Assembly (NCBI GenBank): GCA_035491895.1
Contig: DATJJY010000094.1
Location: 33,025-97,024 of the forward strand
DNA from: Gemmatimonadales bacterium
GTDB lineage: Bacteria; Gemmatimonadota; Gemmatimonadetes; Gemmatimonadales; GWC2-71-9
Length of the DNA: 64,000 nucleotides
Reading direction: 5' to 3'
Shown: piece after piece, positions 1 to 8,651 of the stretch
How the letters are laid out: every line of letters starts with the position of its first letter
Numbering within the stretch: position 1 is the stretch's first letter
The notes under the pieces: model-generated
The model's input: the letters and a program-made list of their open reading frames with translations, nothing else
Databases searched by the model: none
Told to the model about the DNA's origin: nothing
Program-made: the position numbers and the translations under genes

Positions 1-3000
1 CGCTCCTGATCGGGACCGAGGAAGGCGTCAAAGCGTCGCGGAACGGCGGTCTCGAGCCGTGGCAGCCGGTAGGCGGACGGATTTCGGGGCCGGTGTGGAC
101 GCTGTACCGGGACCGGGAGAGGAGCATGTGGTTCGGTACTCCGGACGCGCTCTATCACGCCACGCGGGGACGGCTCGACCGTTTCACGGCGGCCAACGGT
201 CTTCCCGCAGGCGGCGTCACGTCCATTCTCGAGACCCGGAACGGCCAGCTCTGGATCGGCGCGGACGGCGGCGGAGTGGCCCGGCTTGTCGGTGGTCGGT
301 TCCAGCAGTTCGCAGCCAAAGACGGCCTGTCGGATGATGCCGTCACCGCACTGCTCGAAGACTGGGAAGGAAGCCTCTGGGTCGGCACTCGGCACGGTGG
401 CCTCAACCGGTTTCGTGAGCCAATCCTCCCCATCTATACGCGGCGCGAGGGACTCTCCGCGAACGTCGTCTGGTCGGTCTACGGAGATCGGCAGCAGTCG
501 CTGTGGATCGGGACGCAGGACGGCGGCCTCGACCGTTTCCAGGACGGCCACTTTACCAGCTACACCGTCAAGGACGGCCTGCCGGGGAATTCGGTCTTCG
601 CCACGTTACAGACTTCAGATGGCGTGCTCTGGGCGGCCACCAACGCGGGGATCGCCCGATTGCGGCACGGCCGCTGGGAGAGCCTGGGGACCGGAGGGCC
701 GTTCCCGGGGGCGCGCGTGGCGGCTTTCCTGGAGGACCGGACCGGCGCGTTGTGGATCGGGGGCAACGGCCTGTATCGCTGGAAGGATGGCCGACTCCAC
801 GATTACACCCGGGAGGCCGGCATCTCCTCGGCCAATGTCCGCACCATCGTGGAAGATTCGGCCGGGAGTCTCTGGATCGGAACCCACGGACAGGGGCTGA
901 TCCGGCTCCAGAATGGCCGATTCACGATTCTCTCCTCCAAGCAGGGTCTCTCGAATGACGTGGTCGAGTCGTTGTACGCCGACCAGCATGGGCTCTGGGT
1001 GGGGACGGAGCGAGGTCTGAATCTGGTGCGGAACGGGCGCATCGCCGTGGTGCCGATCCACGCCACCGTGCTCCTGACCGACATGTTCGAGATTGTGCCG
1101 GACAACGTCGGGAATCTATGGCTGAGCTCCAATCAGGGATTGGTCAGTGCGAGCGAGCAGGCGTTGCTCGACGCCACCGCGGGAAAGCGGGAGAGCGTCG
1201 AGCTGCACGAGATGGTCTCGCTCGACGGCCGGCGCCGCATCGAGTTCAACGGTGCCTCGCAGAACGCCGGCTGGAAGAGCCCTGACGGGCGGCTCTGGTT
1301 TCCCAGCATCAAAGGGTTGGTGGTGGTCGACCCGGCCCACCTCTCGAGTAACACCGTCCCGCCGCCCGTCCACGTCGAACAACTGCTGGTGGACGGCCGC
1401 GCCGTCGACGTCGACGCAGCCGTGGATCTGCCGCCGAGCGGCGGCGGCCTCGAGCTGCACTATACCGCCACCAGCTTGCTGATTCCCGAGCGCGTCACCT
1501 TCCACTACCGGCTCGAAGGGTACGACCGGGACTGGGTCGACGCGGGTACGCGACGGGTGGCGTACTACACCCACGTGCCAGGTGGGCGGTATCGGTTCCA
1601 TGTCATCGCCGCCAACAACGACGGGGTGTGGAACGAGAGTGGTGCCGTACTGCCATTTCGGTTGGGGCTGCACGTCTACGAGACGTGGTGGTTCTACGCG
1701 CTCCTTGGATTGGCCGTAGCAGCGTCGGTGGTGTCCGTCTTTCGCTTTCGGGTGCGCCGCATCCAGCAACACGCCAGGCAACTGGCTGCGTTGGTCGAGG
1801 AGCGGACCGGTGAGCTCCAGCGTGAGGTCGAGGAACGGCGCCACGCGGAGGAGCGCTACCGGCACCTGTTCGACGCCAACCCGCAGCCCGTGTGGGTCAG
1901 CGATCGCGAAACACTCGCGTTCCTGGCCGTGAACGAGTCCGCGGTGCGGCACTACGGCTACACCCGTGAGGAGTTCTTCGCGATGCGCCTCACCGACCTG
2001 CAGCCGCCCGAGCAAGGGGCGGCCCTCCCGGAATGGATCCGCGCGGCGGGGGACGGGTGGCGGGGGACGAGCATGTGGCACCATCAAAAGAAGGACGGCG
2101 CGACCATCGAGGTCGAGGTGGCCGCCCATGCCTTCTCGTTTGCGGGCCGGCCGGCCGCCCTGATCGTCGCCGTGGACGTGACCGCGCGGCGCAACCTCGA
2201 AGACCGGATGCGCCAGGCGCAAAAGATGGAGGCCGTCGGCCAGCTGGCGGGAGGGATCGCCCACGACCTCAACAACGTCTTGACCGCCGTGATGGCGCAC
2301 GTGGACCTCGCCGTCACTGCGCTTCCACCCGACGCCACCCTGCTCGAAGACTTGACACAGGCCCAGGCCGCGGCGCATCGCGGCGCCGGTATGATCCGTA
2401 AGCTCCTCGGATTCAGTCGCCGCGAGCGGCTGGTCCTCAAACCGATGCGGTTGGAGCAGCTGGTGGGCGAGATCGCCGGCACGCTGCGCCGCATGCTGCC
2501 GGAGCGAATCGAGATCGCGGTGACCGAGGCGGCGAGCCTGCTGCCGGTGGCCGCGGATGCCGGCGCGGTGCAGCAGATGCTGCTCAATCTCGCGACGAAC
2601 GCCCGCGACGCGATGCCCGAGGGCGGGCGCTTGACGCTCGACCTGCAGCTGGCCACGCCGGCCGACGAGCTCATGGCGGCGCAGGACTGGGGCGCCCCGG
2701 GGCACTACGTCGTGCTGGCCGTGTCGGACACCGGATGTGGGATGGATGCCCGCACCCTGGCCCGGATCTTCGAGCCGTACTTCTCGACGAAGCCGCAGGA
2801 TCAGGGAACCGGACTCGGCATGGCCATGGTGTACGGCCTGATGAAGCAGCACCTCGGCTTCGTGCTCGTGCACAGTGTGCCGGGCACCGGGACCACGGTG
2901 CGGTTGTACTTCCCGGTCACGGCGGAATCGGTCCCGGAACCCGCGTCCCGGGTGCAGCACGCGGCGCAGAGCGGGAATCAGACGATCCTCGTGGTGGAGG

Positions 3001-3344
3001 ATCAGGAGTCGGTCCGCACCGCTGCGATCCGCACGCTGACCCGGTTCGGCTATCAGGTGCTGTCCGCAACCGACGGCGAAGAAGGACTGCAAGTGTGGCG
3101 CGCCAACGCGGACACCGTCGACCTGATCGTCTCGGACGCCATCATGCCGCGGATGGGCGGACTGGCCCTCTACGAGGCGGTGAGCCGGGATCGCACGGGG
3201 GTTCGCTTCCTGCTCACCAGCGGGTACACCGGCGAGGAGGTGCGCAAGAGCGCACCGGTCACGGCGGATCTGGTGTTTCTGTCGAAGCCCTGGACGGTCA
3301 GTGAACTGCTCACGGCGGTGCGCAAGATCCTGAAGCCGGCCTGA
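1..3344 (+). CDS. Hybrid sensor histidine kinase (beta-propeller/Y_Y_Y-type sensor, TM, PAS, HisKA, HATPase_c, C-terminal receiver); 5' end outside window
   Basis: ORF 93..3344 stays open in the same frame back to nt 3 (LLIGTEEGVKASRNGG...), so the N-terminus is cut by the window edge. Repeated ..LWIGT..GL.R.. propeller-type motifs. TM segment WWFYALLGLAVAASVVSVF. H-box GGIAHDLNNVLT. G-boxes DTGCGMD and GTGLGMAMV. Receiver ILVVEDQESVR...DLIVSDAIMPRMGG...LSKP. Confidence 0.93.
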   Translation, partial: LLIGTEEGVKASRNGGLEPWQPVGGRISGPVWTLYRDRERSMWFGTPDALYHATRGRLDRFTAANGLPAGGVTSILETRNGQLWIGADGGGVARLVGGRFQQFAAKDGLSDDAVTALLEDWEGSLWVGTRHGGLNRFREPILPIYTRREGLSANVVWSVYGDRQQSLWIGTQDGGLDRFQDGHFTSYTVKDGLPGNSVFATLQTSDGVLWAATNAGIARLRHGRWESLGTGGPFPGARVAAFLEDRTGALWIGGNGLYRWKDGRLHDYTREAGISSANVRTIVEDSAGSLWIGTHGQGLIRLQNGRFTILSSKQGLSNDVVESLYADQHGLWVGTERGLNLVRNGRIAVVPIHATVLLTDMFEIVPDNVGNLWLSSNQGLVSASEQALLDATAGKRESVELHEMVSLDGRRRIEFNGASQNAGWKSPDGRLWFPSIKGLVVVDPAHLSSNTVPPPVHVEQLLVDGRAVDVDAAVDLPPSGGGLELHYTATSLLIPERVTFHYRLEGYDRDWVDAGTRRVAYYTHVPGGRYRFHVIAANNDGVWNESGAVLPFRLGLHVYETWWFYALLGLAVAASVVSVFRFRVRRIQQHARQLAALVEERTGELQREVEERRHAEERYRHLFDANPQPVWVSDRETLAFLAVNESAVRHYGYTREEFFAMRLTDLQPPEQGAALPEWIRAAGDGWRGTSMWHHQKKDGATIEVEVAAHAFSFAGRPAALIVAVDVTARRNLEDRMRQAQKMEAVGQLAGGIAHDLNNVLTAVMAHVDLAVTALPPDATLLEDLTQAQAAAHRGAGMIRKLLGFSRRERLVLKPMRLEQLVGEIAGTLRRMLPERIEIAVTEAASLLPVAADAGAVQQMLLNLATNARDAMPEGGRLTLDLQLATPADELMAAQDWGAPGHYVVLAVSDTGCGMDARTLARIFEPYFSTKPQDQGTGLGMAMVYGLMKQHLGFVLVHSVPGTGTTVRLYFPVTAESVPEPASRVQHAAQSGNQTILVVEDQESVRTAAIRTLTRFGYQVLSATDGEEGLQVWRANADTVDLIVSDAIMPRMGGLALYEAVSRDRTGVRFLLTSGYTGEEVRKSAPVTADLVFLSKPWTVSELLTAVRKILKPA

Positions 3345-3423
3345 TGCAGGGACTCTAGTAGAGAGGTTGGGTGGCGGGCCCCCGCATCCGACTCGTGTGC
3401 GGAGACCCACCGACCCGCTGTCC

Positions 3424-4542
3424 TCAGCTCGCCGGCTTGCGCGAGCCGGACCGTTCCCAGTTGACGAACAGGAACCCACCCGGCGCGTCGAACTTCGGCT
3501 CTCCCTGCCCGGGGAGAATCTGGAGCTGCAGCTCATCGACCTTGTTCTTGGAGCAGTCCCAGCAGGCGAGTGCGTAATCGCCGTCCCGCCGCGTGCGCGA
3601 CAGCAGCATCACGTGCACCTGCGCGTTGTCGGTCACCAGGCTGTCGTTCTTGTAGAGGTGTCCGAACGCCCACAGCGCCACGGCGCTGTTGATCGTCGGC
3701 ACGAGCGGCGTATGCACGGCGGTATTGCCGTGGTAGTACAACCCCAGGATCACGCCACCGAAGCGCGGATGATGCGGCACGTCCTTCGTCTGCACGCGAT
3801 CGAGCACGAGCTTCCAGCGCGCCCCGTCCTGGGTGGTGAAATCGGCAGTACCGTCCACCGAATCACGCACTGCGCCTTTGTCCCAGGCCGTGAACGAGAA
3901 GTTGCCCGCGATCGGGGTCACGTTGTTCGAGTAGGGACCGTTTTTCACCTGCGACTCGAGCCCTTCCCGTTCGTTGCCGAACTGCTGGAGAATGGGAGCG
4001 GCGCTATCGGGGAAAGGGAAGGGGCCGGGAAGGATCTGGATGACGGGTCCTCCACTCGTCACCCGGATCGCCTGGACGCTCGCTGACGGCTCGTGCATTT
4101 CGTGATTGAGCGTTGCGCTGGCCGGCGCGGCGCTGTGGCCCAATGTCGGCGCGTTCTGGGCGCCCACGACTCTCAGATGCGTCTCCATACCCAGGTGTTT
4201 GTGCGAGTCCTCCCCCACCGGGCAGTAGACGTCATAGGTACCGGGCTTGAGCGTGAGCTGCAGTGTCGCACTCGAGCCCGGCTGAATGACGGCGGTCTCT
4301 TGTTCGACACCCTCTCCCTCGACCTCGAAGGCATGGGGGATGGTGCCGGCGTTCGTGACGCTGAACGTCACGGCGCCCGCCAGGACGGTGGCTTGCGAGA
4401 GCTCGACTTTCCATTCGGACAACTTGGCGCTGACCGCGGCAGGGTCGCTCGGCGCGCGGTGTGCCGGAGTCCCGGCGAGCGCCAGGGCGGCAAGCAAGAG
4501 CCGGCCGGCGCTGTGGGACGCAATGGCGTGCAAGGGGTGCAT
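3424..4542 (-). CDS. Secreted cupredoxin-domain protein fused to an unrecognised ~230-aa C-terminal domain
   Basis: 372-aa ORF with a GGAGGA RBS just upstream of the ATG (cat at 4540-4542). Signal-peptide-like N-terminus (LLLAALALAGTPA). N-terminal ~90 aa have candidate type-1 copper ligands: H in TIPHAFEVEG, and C/H/M in VYCPVGEDSHKHLGM. The remainder has no motif I recognise. Confidence 0.85.
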   Translation of the reverse strand: MHPLHAIASHSAGRLLLAALALAGTPAHRAPSDPAAVSAKLSEWKVELSQATVLAGAVTFSVTNAGTIPHAFEVEGEGVEQETAVIQPGSSATLQLTLKPGTYDVYCPVGEDSHKHLGMETHLRVVGAQNAPTLGHSAAPASATLNHEMHEPSASVQAIRVTSGGPVIQILPGPFPFPDSAAPILQQFGNEREGLESQVKNGPYSNNVTPIAGNFSFTAWDKGAVRDSVDGTADFTTQDGARWKLVLDRVQTKDVPHHPRFGGVILGLYYHGNTAVHTPLVPTINSAVALWAFGHLYKNDSLVTDNAQVHVMLLSRTRRDGDYALACWDCSKNKVDELQLQILPGQGEPKFDAPGGFLFVNWERSGSRKPAS

Positions 4543-4590
4543 ACGTGATCTTCCTCCAGAGAGAGTGCGACGGCAGTGTGGTCAGTGCTG

Positions 4591-4618
4591 GAGACTCCAG
4601 GCGCGGCGGGGTTATTCC
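4591..4618 (-). promoter_or_regulatory. Candidate ECF-type promoter for the cupredoxin-fusion gene (GGAATAA-N16-GTCTC)
   Basis: Reverse complement of 4591-4618 reads GGAATAA ccccgccgcgcctgga GTCTC. It lies ~50 nt upstream of the ATG at 4542. It mirrors the + strand copy 4 nt away. Confidence 0.45.
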
Positions 4619-4622
4619 GCCG

Positions 4623-4650
4623 GGAATAATCCCGCCGGTGCCTGAGTCTC
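4623..4650 (+). promoter_or_regulatory. Candidate autoregulated ECF-type promoter for the sigma/anti-sigma operon (GGAATAA-N16-GTCTC)
   Basis: Reads GGAATAA tcccgccggtgcctga GTCTC, ~33 nt upstream of the GTG at 4683. The geometry resembles the GGAAC-N16/17-GTCT class of ECF promoters. Confidence 0.45.
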
Positions 4651-4682
4651 CTCTGAAGGCCGACCAGACATTGTGAGGGCCG

Positions 4683-5207
4683 GTGGACTCAAGCGCGCTG
4701 GCGCGATTCGAAGCCGTCGTGTTGCCGCACTTGGACGCCGCCTACACGCTGGCCCGCTATCTGACGAGGAATGCGCACGATGCCGAAGACGTCGTGCAGG
4801 ACGCCTGTCTGCGGGCGCTCAAGTATTTCGACGGGTTCCGCGGGGAAGCAGCAAGCGCGCGCGCCTGGCTGCTCACCATCGTGCGCAACACCGCCCACAC
4901 GTGGCGCGGGCGCCAGCGTGGCGACGCGCTCACCACGGAGTTCGACGAGACGCAGCACAGCGAGGCTGTGGTGGATGACAGTCCCGAGGGACTGCTGCTG
5001 AAGCAGGACGCGAAGCACACCCTCGATCGTGCACTCGAACAGTTGGCGCCGGAATTCCGGGAGGTGATCGTGTTGCGCGAGCTCGAGGGATTGTCGTACA
5101 AGGAGATCAGCGAGGTGGCGGGCGTGCCGGTCGGCACGGTGATGTCGCGGCTGTCGCGGGCCCGCGCGCGTCTCCAGGAGGCGCTGCGTGAAGCGGAGGG
5201 GCGCTGA
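4683..5207 (+). CDS. ECF-family RNA polymerase sigma-70 factor
   Basis: 174 aa. Region 2: DAEDVVQDACLRALKYF...ARAWLLTIVRN. Region 4 HTH: REVIVLRELEGLSYKEISEVAGVPVGTVMSRLSRAR. Confidence 0.93.
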   Translation: MDSSALARFEAVVLPHLDAAYTLARYLTRNAHDAEDVVQDACLRALKYFDGFRGEAASARAWLLTIVRNTAHTWRGRQRGDALTTEFDETQHSEAVVDDSPEGLLLKQDAKHTLDRALEQLAPEFREVIVLRELEGLSYKEISEVAGVPVGTVMSRLSRARARLQEALREAEGR

Positions 5208-5976
5208 GGTGATCCATCCCGGCGAAGCACAACTGGACCTGTACCTGGACGGCGAGCTGGCTGCGGTCGATGCGCGCGAGCTGGAAGCGCACCTCGCACA
5301 GTGCGCCGAATGCGCCCGATTCCGGGAAGAGCGGCTCGCGCTGCGCGCGGCGATCAAGGCGAACGTTCCGACGTTCGAGGCATCGGACACCCTGCGTCAG
5401 CGCGTGCGGGCGTCCCTCCGCACGGCGGCGTCGGGCCAAACGCAGCGTCGCTTCACCTTCGGCGGCTGGTGGCGTCCACTGGCAATGGCCGCGTCCCTGG
5501 CGATCGTCGCGATCGGCAGCTGGAACCTGGCCATCGAGCGTGCGGCCGGCTCGGCCCTCGCCGATGACCTGCTGGCAAGCCATATCCGCTCACTGATGCC
5601 CGGTCACCTCACGGATGTGCTTTCTTCGGACCAGCACACGGTGAAGCCCTGGTTCAACGGCAGGCTCGACTACTCCCCTCCGGTCCACGACTTCGCCGGG
5701 CGCGGCTACCCCCTGCTCGGAGGACGACTCGACTACGTGGATGAGCGGACGGTCGCGGTGCTCGCGTATGGCCGGCGACAGCACCTGATCAACGTGTACC
5801 TGTGGCCCGCCACGCGCAGTCCGAGCGTTGCGCCCAAGACGCGCGACCGCCAGGGCTATCACGAGCTCCACTGGACCACGGCGGACTACACCTACTGGGT
5901 CGTCTCGGACCTTGGCTTGGCGGAGCTGCACGATTTCGTGCAGCTGGTCCAGCAGGCAGACACGCTCGCGCGATAG
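5188..5976 (+). CDS. Anti-sigma factor (zf-HC2 N-terminus, single TM, periplasmic C-terminal domain)
   Basis: Putative zinc-finger motif HLAQCAECARF. TM segment WWRPLAMAASLAIVAIGSW. Located directly after the sigma gene. The start is ambiguous: GTG 5188 overlaps the sigma gene by 20 nt, while in-frame GTG 5209 follows a GGAGGGG RBS. Confidence 0.85.
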   Translation: MKRRGAEVIHPGEAQLDLYLDGELAAVDARELEAHLAQCAECARFREERLALRAAIKANVPTFEASDTLRQRVRASLRTAASGQTQRRFTFGGWWRPLAMAASLAIVAIGSWNLAIERAAGSALADDLLASHIRSLMPGHLTDVLSSDQHTVKPWFNGRLDYSPPVHDFAGRGYPLLGGRLDYVDERTVAVLAYGRRQHLINVYLWPATRSPSVAPKTRDRQGYHELHWTTADYTYWVVSDLGLAELHDFVQLVQQADTLAR

Positions 5977-5977
5977 C

Positions 5978-7768
5978 TCAGGACGGAGCCTTCAGCTCGT
6001 GCAACTGCCGGTAGCGATTGCTCGACGCCACGAGCTCGCGGTGCGTGCCCATCGCCGCGACTCGGCCTTCCTCGAGCAATAGCACGAGGTCGGCGTCCTC
6101 GATGGACGCCAGGTCGTGCGTGATGCTGATGCACGTCTTGCCGGACATGAGGCGATCCAGCGCTTCCCGCACCTTGCCCTCGCTCTCCACGTCGAGCCCC
6201 GTCATCGGCTCGTCGAGAATGAGGATCGGCGCGTTGCGGACCAGCGCTCGCGCGATCGCGATGCGCTGGCGCTGCCCCCCCGACAAGGTGGCGCCCCGTT
6301 CGGCGATGACGGTGTCGTACCCGTCCTCCAGGTCTTGAATGAACTCGTCGGCGTTCGCGGCCCACGCCGCCGATTCGATCTCGAGGTCGGCCGCGTCGGG
6401 GCGGCCGTAGGCGATGTTCTCGCGGATCGTCGCGCCGAACAGGATCGCCTGCTGCAGTACCAGCCCGATGTTGCGCCGCAGCGACTTGATCTTGTAGTCC
6501 CCGATGTTTCGGCCGTCGATCCGGATCACACCGCTCTGCGGCTCGTACAACCGCAGGATCAGGGAGACGATGGTGGACTTACCCGCCCCCGACGCGCCTA
6601 CCAGCGCCAGGCGGCGGCCCGCCGGCACCGTGAACGAGACGTCGCGCAGCACCTCGCGGCCGTCGCCGTAATCGAACGACACGCGATCGAACTCGATCGC
6701 GCCCCGCAGCTCCGCCGCCTCGACGGCGCCGGCGTGGTCCATGATCTCGGGCTCGATGTCGAGCACCTCCGAAACGCGCTCCGCGCTCGCCATGGCTTTC
6801 GAGAAGTCGGTCGAGAGTGAGGCGAGGTTCTTCAACGGCTTGTACAGGCTGTTCAGGTACGCCACGACCAGTACCAGCGCCCCCGGCAGCAGCGTGCCGC
6901 GCAGCACCTCGAGCGCGCCGAACAGGACGGCCGCGGCCGTGCCGACCGCGGTGATGAGCTCCGATGAGCGACCGGCGGCGGCTCCCATCCGGGCCACGCG
7001 GATGCTCTCGATCACCGTTTCGGCCGTCACCTTGTCGAATTTCCGCATCTCGTGGGTTTCGCGCGCGAACGCCTGGACCAGCGGCACCGCCGAGAGCACT
7101 TCGCCCATACGAGCGGCGACCTGGCCCTCCTGCTTCTTCTGCGTCTTGACCGAGATCTTGGTCTTGCGGTACACGTGGAACAGGCTGTAGCCGAGGAACG
7201 GCATCGTCGCGAGGGAGATCACGCCGATCCGCCAATCGACGGTGAACAGGATCACGAGCATGCCCAGGACGGTCAACACCTGCGACGTGAATTTCAACAG
7301 CGAGTCCGCGAACCAATCCTTCAGCGTATTGGTATCGCCCGCGATCTTGGTCAGGAGATCGCCCGAGCGCGCCTTGGTGTGAAACGACAGGGACAGGCTC
7401 TGCAGGTGGGCGAACAGCTCCCGGCGCAGCGCATACACCGTGGTGTACCCGACGGAGGAGGTAATGAAAGTCTGGAAATAGGCGCACACACCCGACACGA
7501 GTGAGATCAGCACGATGCTCACGCACGCAGCCACGATGAACGGCACCGTACTGTCGGTGATGAGCGGCTGCAGGAATCGCAAGCTGTGGGGCAGCTCCTT
7601 GTGGAGCAGTCCGTGATCGATGATGAGTTTCAGCGGCCACGGCTTGGCGAGTTCGGTGAGAATGACGCCAATCGTGCACAACGCGGCGATCGCCAGGGGG
7701 CCTTTGGCCTCCCCCAGGTGGGTGACGAAGAACTGGCGGAACCGGGTGCGTCTGGCAGTGGCGGGCAT
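5978..7768 (-). CDS. ABC exporter, fused permease/ATPase (MsbA-like type I exporter)
   Basis: Six-TM exporter region plus nucleotide-binding domain: Walker A GASGAGKST, signature LSGGQRQR, Walker B ILILDEP. The ORF-track start is TTG 7774. The ATG at 7766-7768 (MPATARR...) is more likely. Confidence 0.93.
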   Translation of the reverse strand: MPATARRTRFRQFFVTHLGEAKGPLAIAALCTIGVILTELAKPWPLKLIIDHGLLHKELPHSLRFLQPLITDSTVPFIVAACVSIVLISLVSGVCAYFQTFITSSVGYTTVYALRRELFAHLQSLSLSFHTKARSGDLLTKIAGDTNTLKDWFADSLLKFTSQVLTVLGMLVILFTVDWRIGVISLATMPFLGYSLFHVYRKTKISVKTQKKQEGQVAARMGEVLSAVPLVQAFARETHEMRKFDKVTAETVIESIRVARMGAAAGRSSELITAVGTAAAVLFGALEVLRGTLLPGALVLVVAYLNSLYKPLKNLASLSTDFSKAMASAERVSEVLDIEPEIMDHAGAVEAAELRGAIEFDRVSFDYGDGREVLRDVSFTVPAGRRLALVGASGAGKSTIVSLILRLYEPQSGVIRIDGRNIGDYKIKSLRRNIGLVLQQAILFGATIRENIAYGRPDAADLEIESAAWAANADEFIQDLEDGYDTVIAERGATLSGGQRQRIAIARALVRNAPILILDEPMTGLDVESEGKVREALDRLMSGKTCISITHDLASIEDADLVLLLEEGRVAAMGTHRELVASSNRYRQLHELKAPS

Positions 7769-7949
7769 GCGCAACGATGGGCCGACTTCGGGTACTGGCG
7801 CAAGCGGGCGGACGCTCGGGCGGTCGGATGGGTGCGACGGAATAGCACCCGATGCGACAAGATGGTTAGGGTCGCACGGGGCGGGAGCCGTCGACTACCT
7901 GTTCTCCGTAGTCGGGGGGAGCAACCCGCCAGCGTGACTCCCAGGAACG

Positions 7950-8042
7950 TCACGATGTCCCGCGTCCGACGCCGAAGAGCAGCGCCCGAATCGCTCCGGC
8001 GCCGGCGAGCACGGTCACCAAACCGATCGCGGCGCCGGACAT
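7950..8042 (-). CDS. Small hydrophobic peptide (30 aa), not in the ORF track
   Basis: AAGGAG RBS 7 nt before the ATG (cat 8040-8042). Translation: MSGAAIGLVTVLAGAGAIRALLFGVGRGTS*. Third codon positions are almost all G/C, as in neighbouring genes. Lies 20 nt downstream of the DUF2182 stop. Confidence 0.5.
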   Translation of the reverse strand: MSGAAIGLVTVLAGAGAIRALLFGVGRGTS

Positions 8043-8062
8043 GCGGCGTCTCCTTTAGACTG

Positions 8063-8596
8063 TCAAGGGGAGACCATGATCGGCGCGTTCGCAATCAAGA
8101 CCGCTCCGACCACGAGGATCAGGACGCCAGCCGCCCGAGCCACGAGGCGCGGGCGTGGGGCGAACCGCTCGAGCGCGATGAGTGCCGCGACCAGCATGAC
8201 CGCGCCGCGGCGCATCATCCCGGTCACGATCAGAAAGGTCATCAACCCGGCGCAGCAGAGGCAGCACTGTACGCCGAGCCGCACGCCCTCCAGGAGCGCA
8301 TCGCGCCATGTCGCCCGCGCTTGCCGGACGAGCTCACGGCAGCAGACGAGGCGCCGCGCCTTCCACGGCGTCCACTGCGTAATGACCGCGATGAGCAGCG
8401 CCAAGGCGGCAACGAGCGGCGCCGGCCACCACCGGTCGGCGATCACCAGGACGGTGCCCAAGGCGTACGCCGCTACCCCGGCAGAGGCCCACACGGTGAA
8501 GTAGCCGAGGGCGACGAGCGTTCCTTGCACTGCGCCGCGACGATCGCGGACCAGGAGCGGCGCGAGCGATGGCAGCATCATCGCCACCATCATCAC
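8063..8596 (-). CDS. DUF2182-family integral membrane protein (predicted metal-binding), apparently N-terminally truncated
   Basis: 177 aa starting at GTG with the family-typical W..MMVAMMLPSLAP motif. From memory, family members carry ~70 more N-terminal residues. The frame is open upstream to 8755 but has no ATG/GTG/TTG and runs into the DUF899 gene. Confidence 0.6.
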   Translation of the reverse strand: MMMVAMMLPSLAPLLVRDRRGAVQGTLVALGYFTVWASAGVAAYALGTVLVIADRWWPAPLVAALALLIAVITQWTPWKARRLVCCRELVRQARATWRDALLEGVRLGVQCCLCCAGLMTFLIVTGMMRRGAVMLVAALIALERFAPRPRLVARAAGVLILVVGAVLIANAPIMVSP

Positions 8597-8651
8597 GGTC
8601 CAGGCGGCGAGATATCCCGGCGCGGCGCCGAGCCAGGAGGCGAACGACAGC

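Noticed and set aside
1116-3536. 806-aa minus-strand ORF, plus many other long ORFs in the track (e.g. 8593..10281-, 10685..12181-, 13396..14955-, 15407..16543-, 23234..25348+, 25724..27040+, 30309..31874-, 32451..34634-, 34645..36186-, 54512..55570-, 57779..58966-).
   Set aside because: They lie antisense to or out of frame with genes that have clear domain motifs. Their translations are Arg/Pro/Gly/Ala-rich low-complexity strings typical of shadow ORFs in high-GC DNA.
7775-7949. Possible structured leader upstream of the ABC exporter (stems GTGCGAC/GTCGCAC and GACTAC/GTAGTC).
   Set aside because: There are only two short stems, with no recognisable riboswitch motif or uORF. This is insufficient evidence without comparative data.
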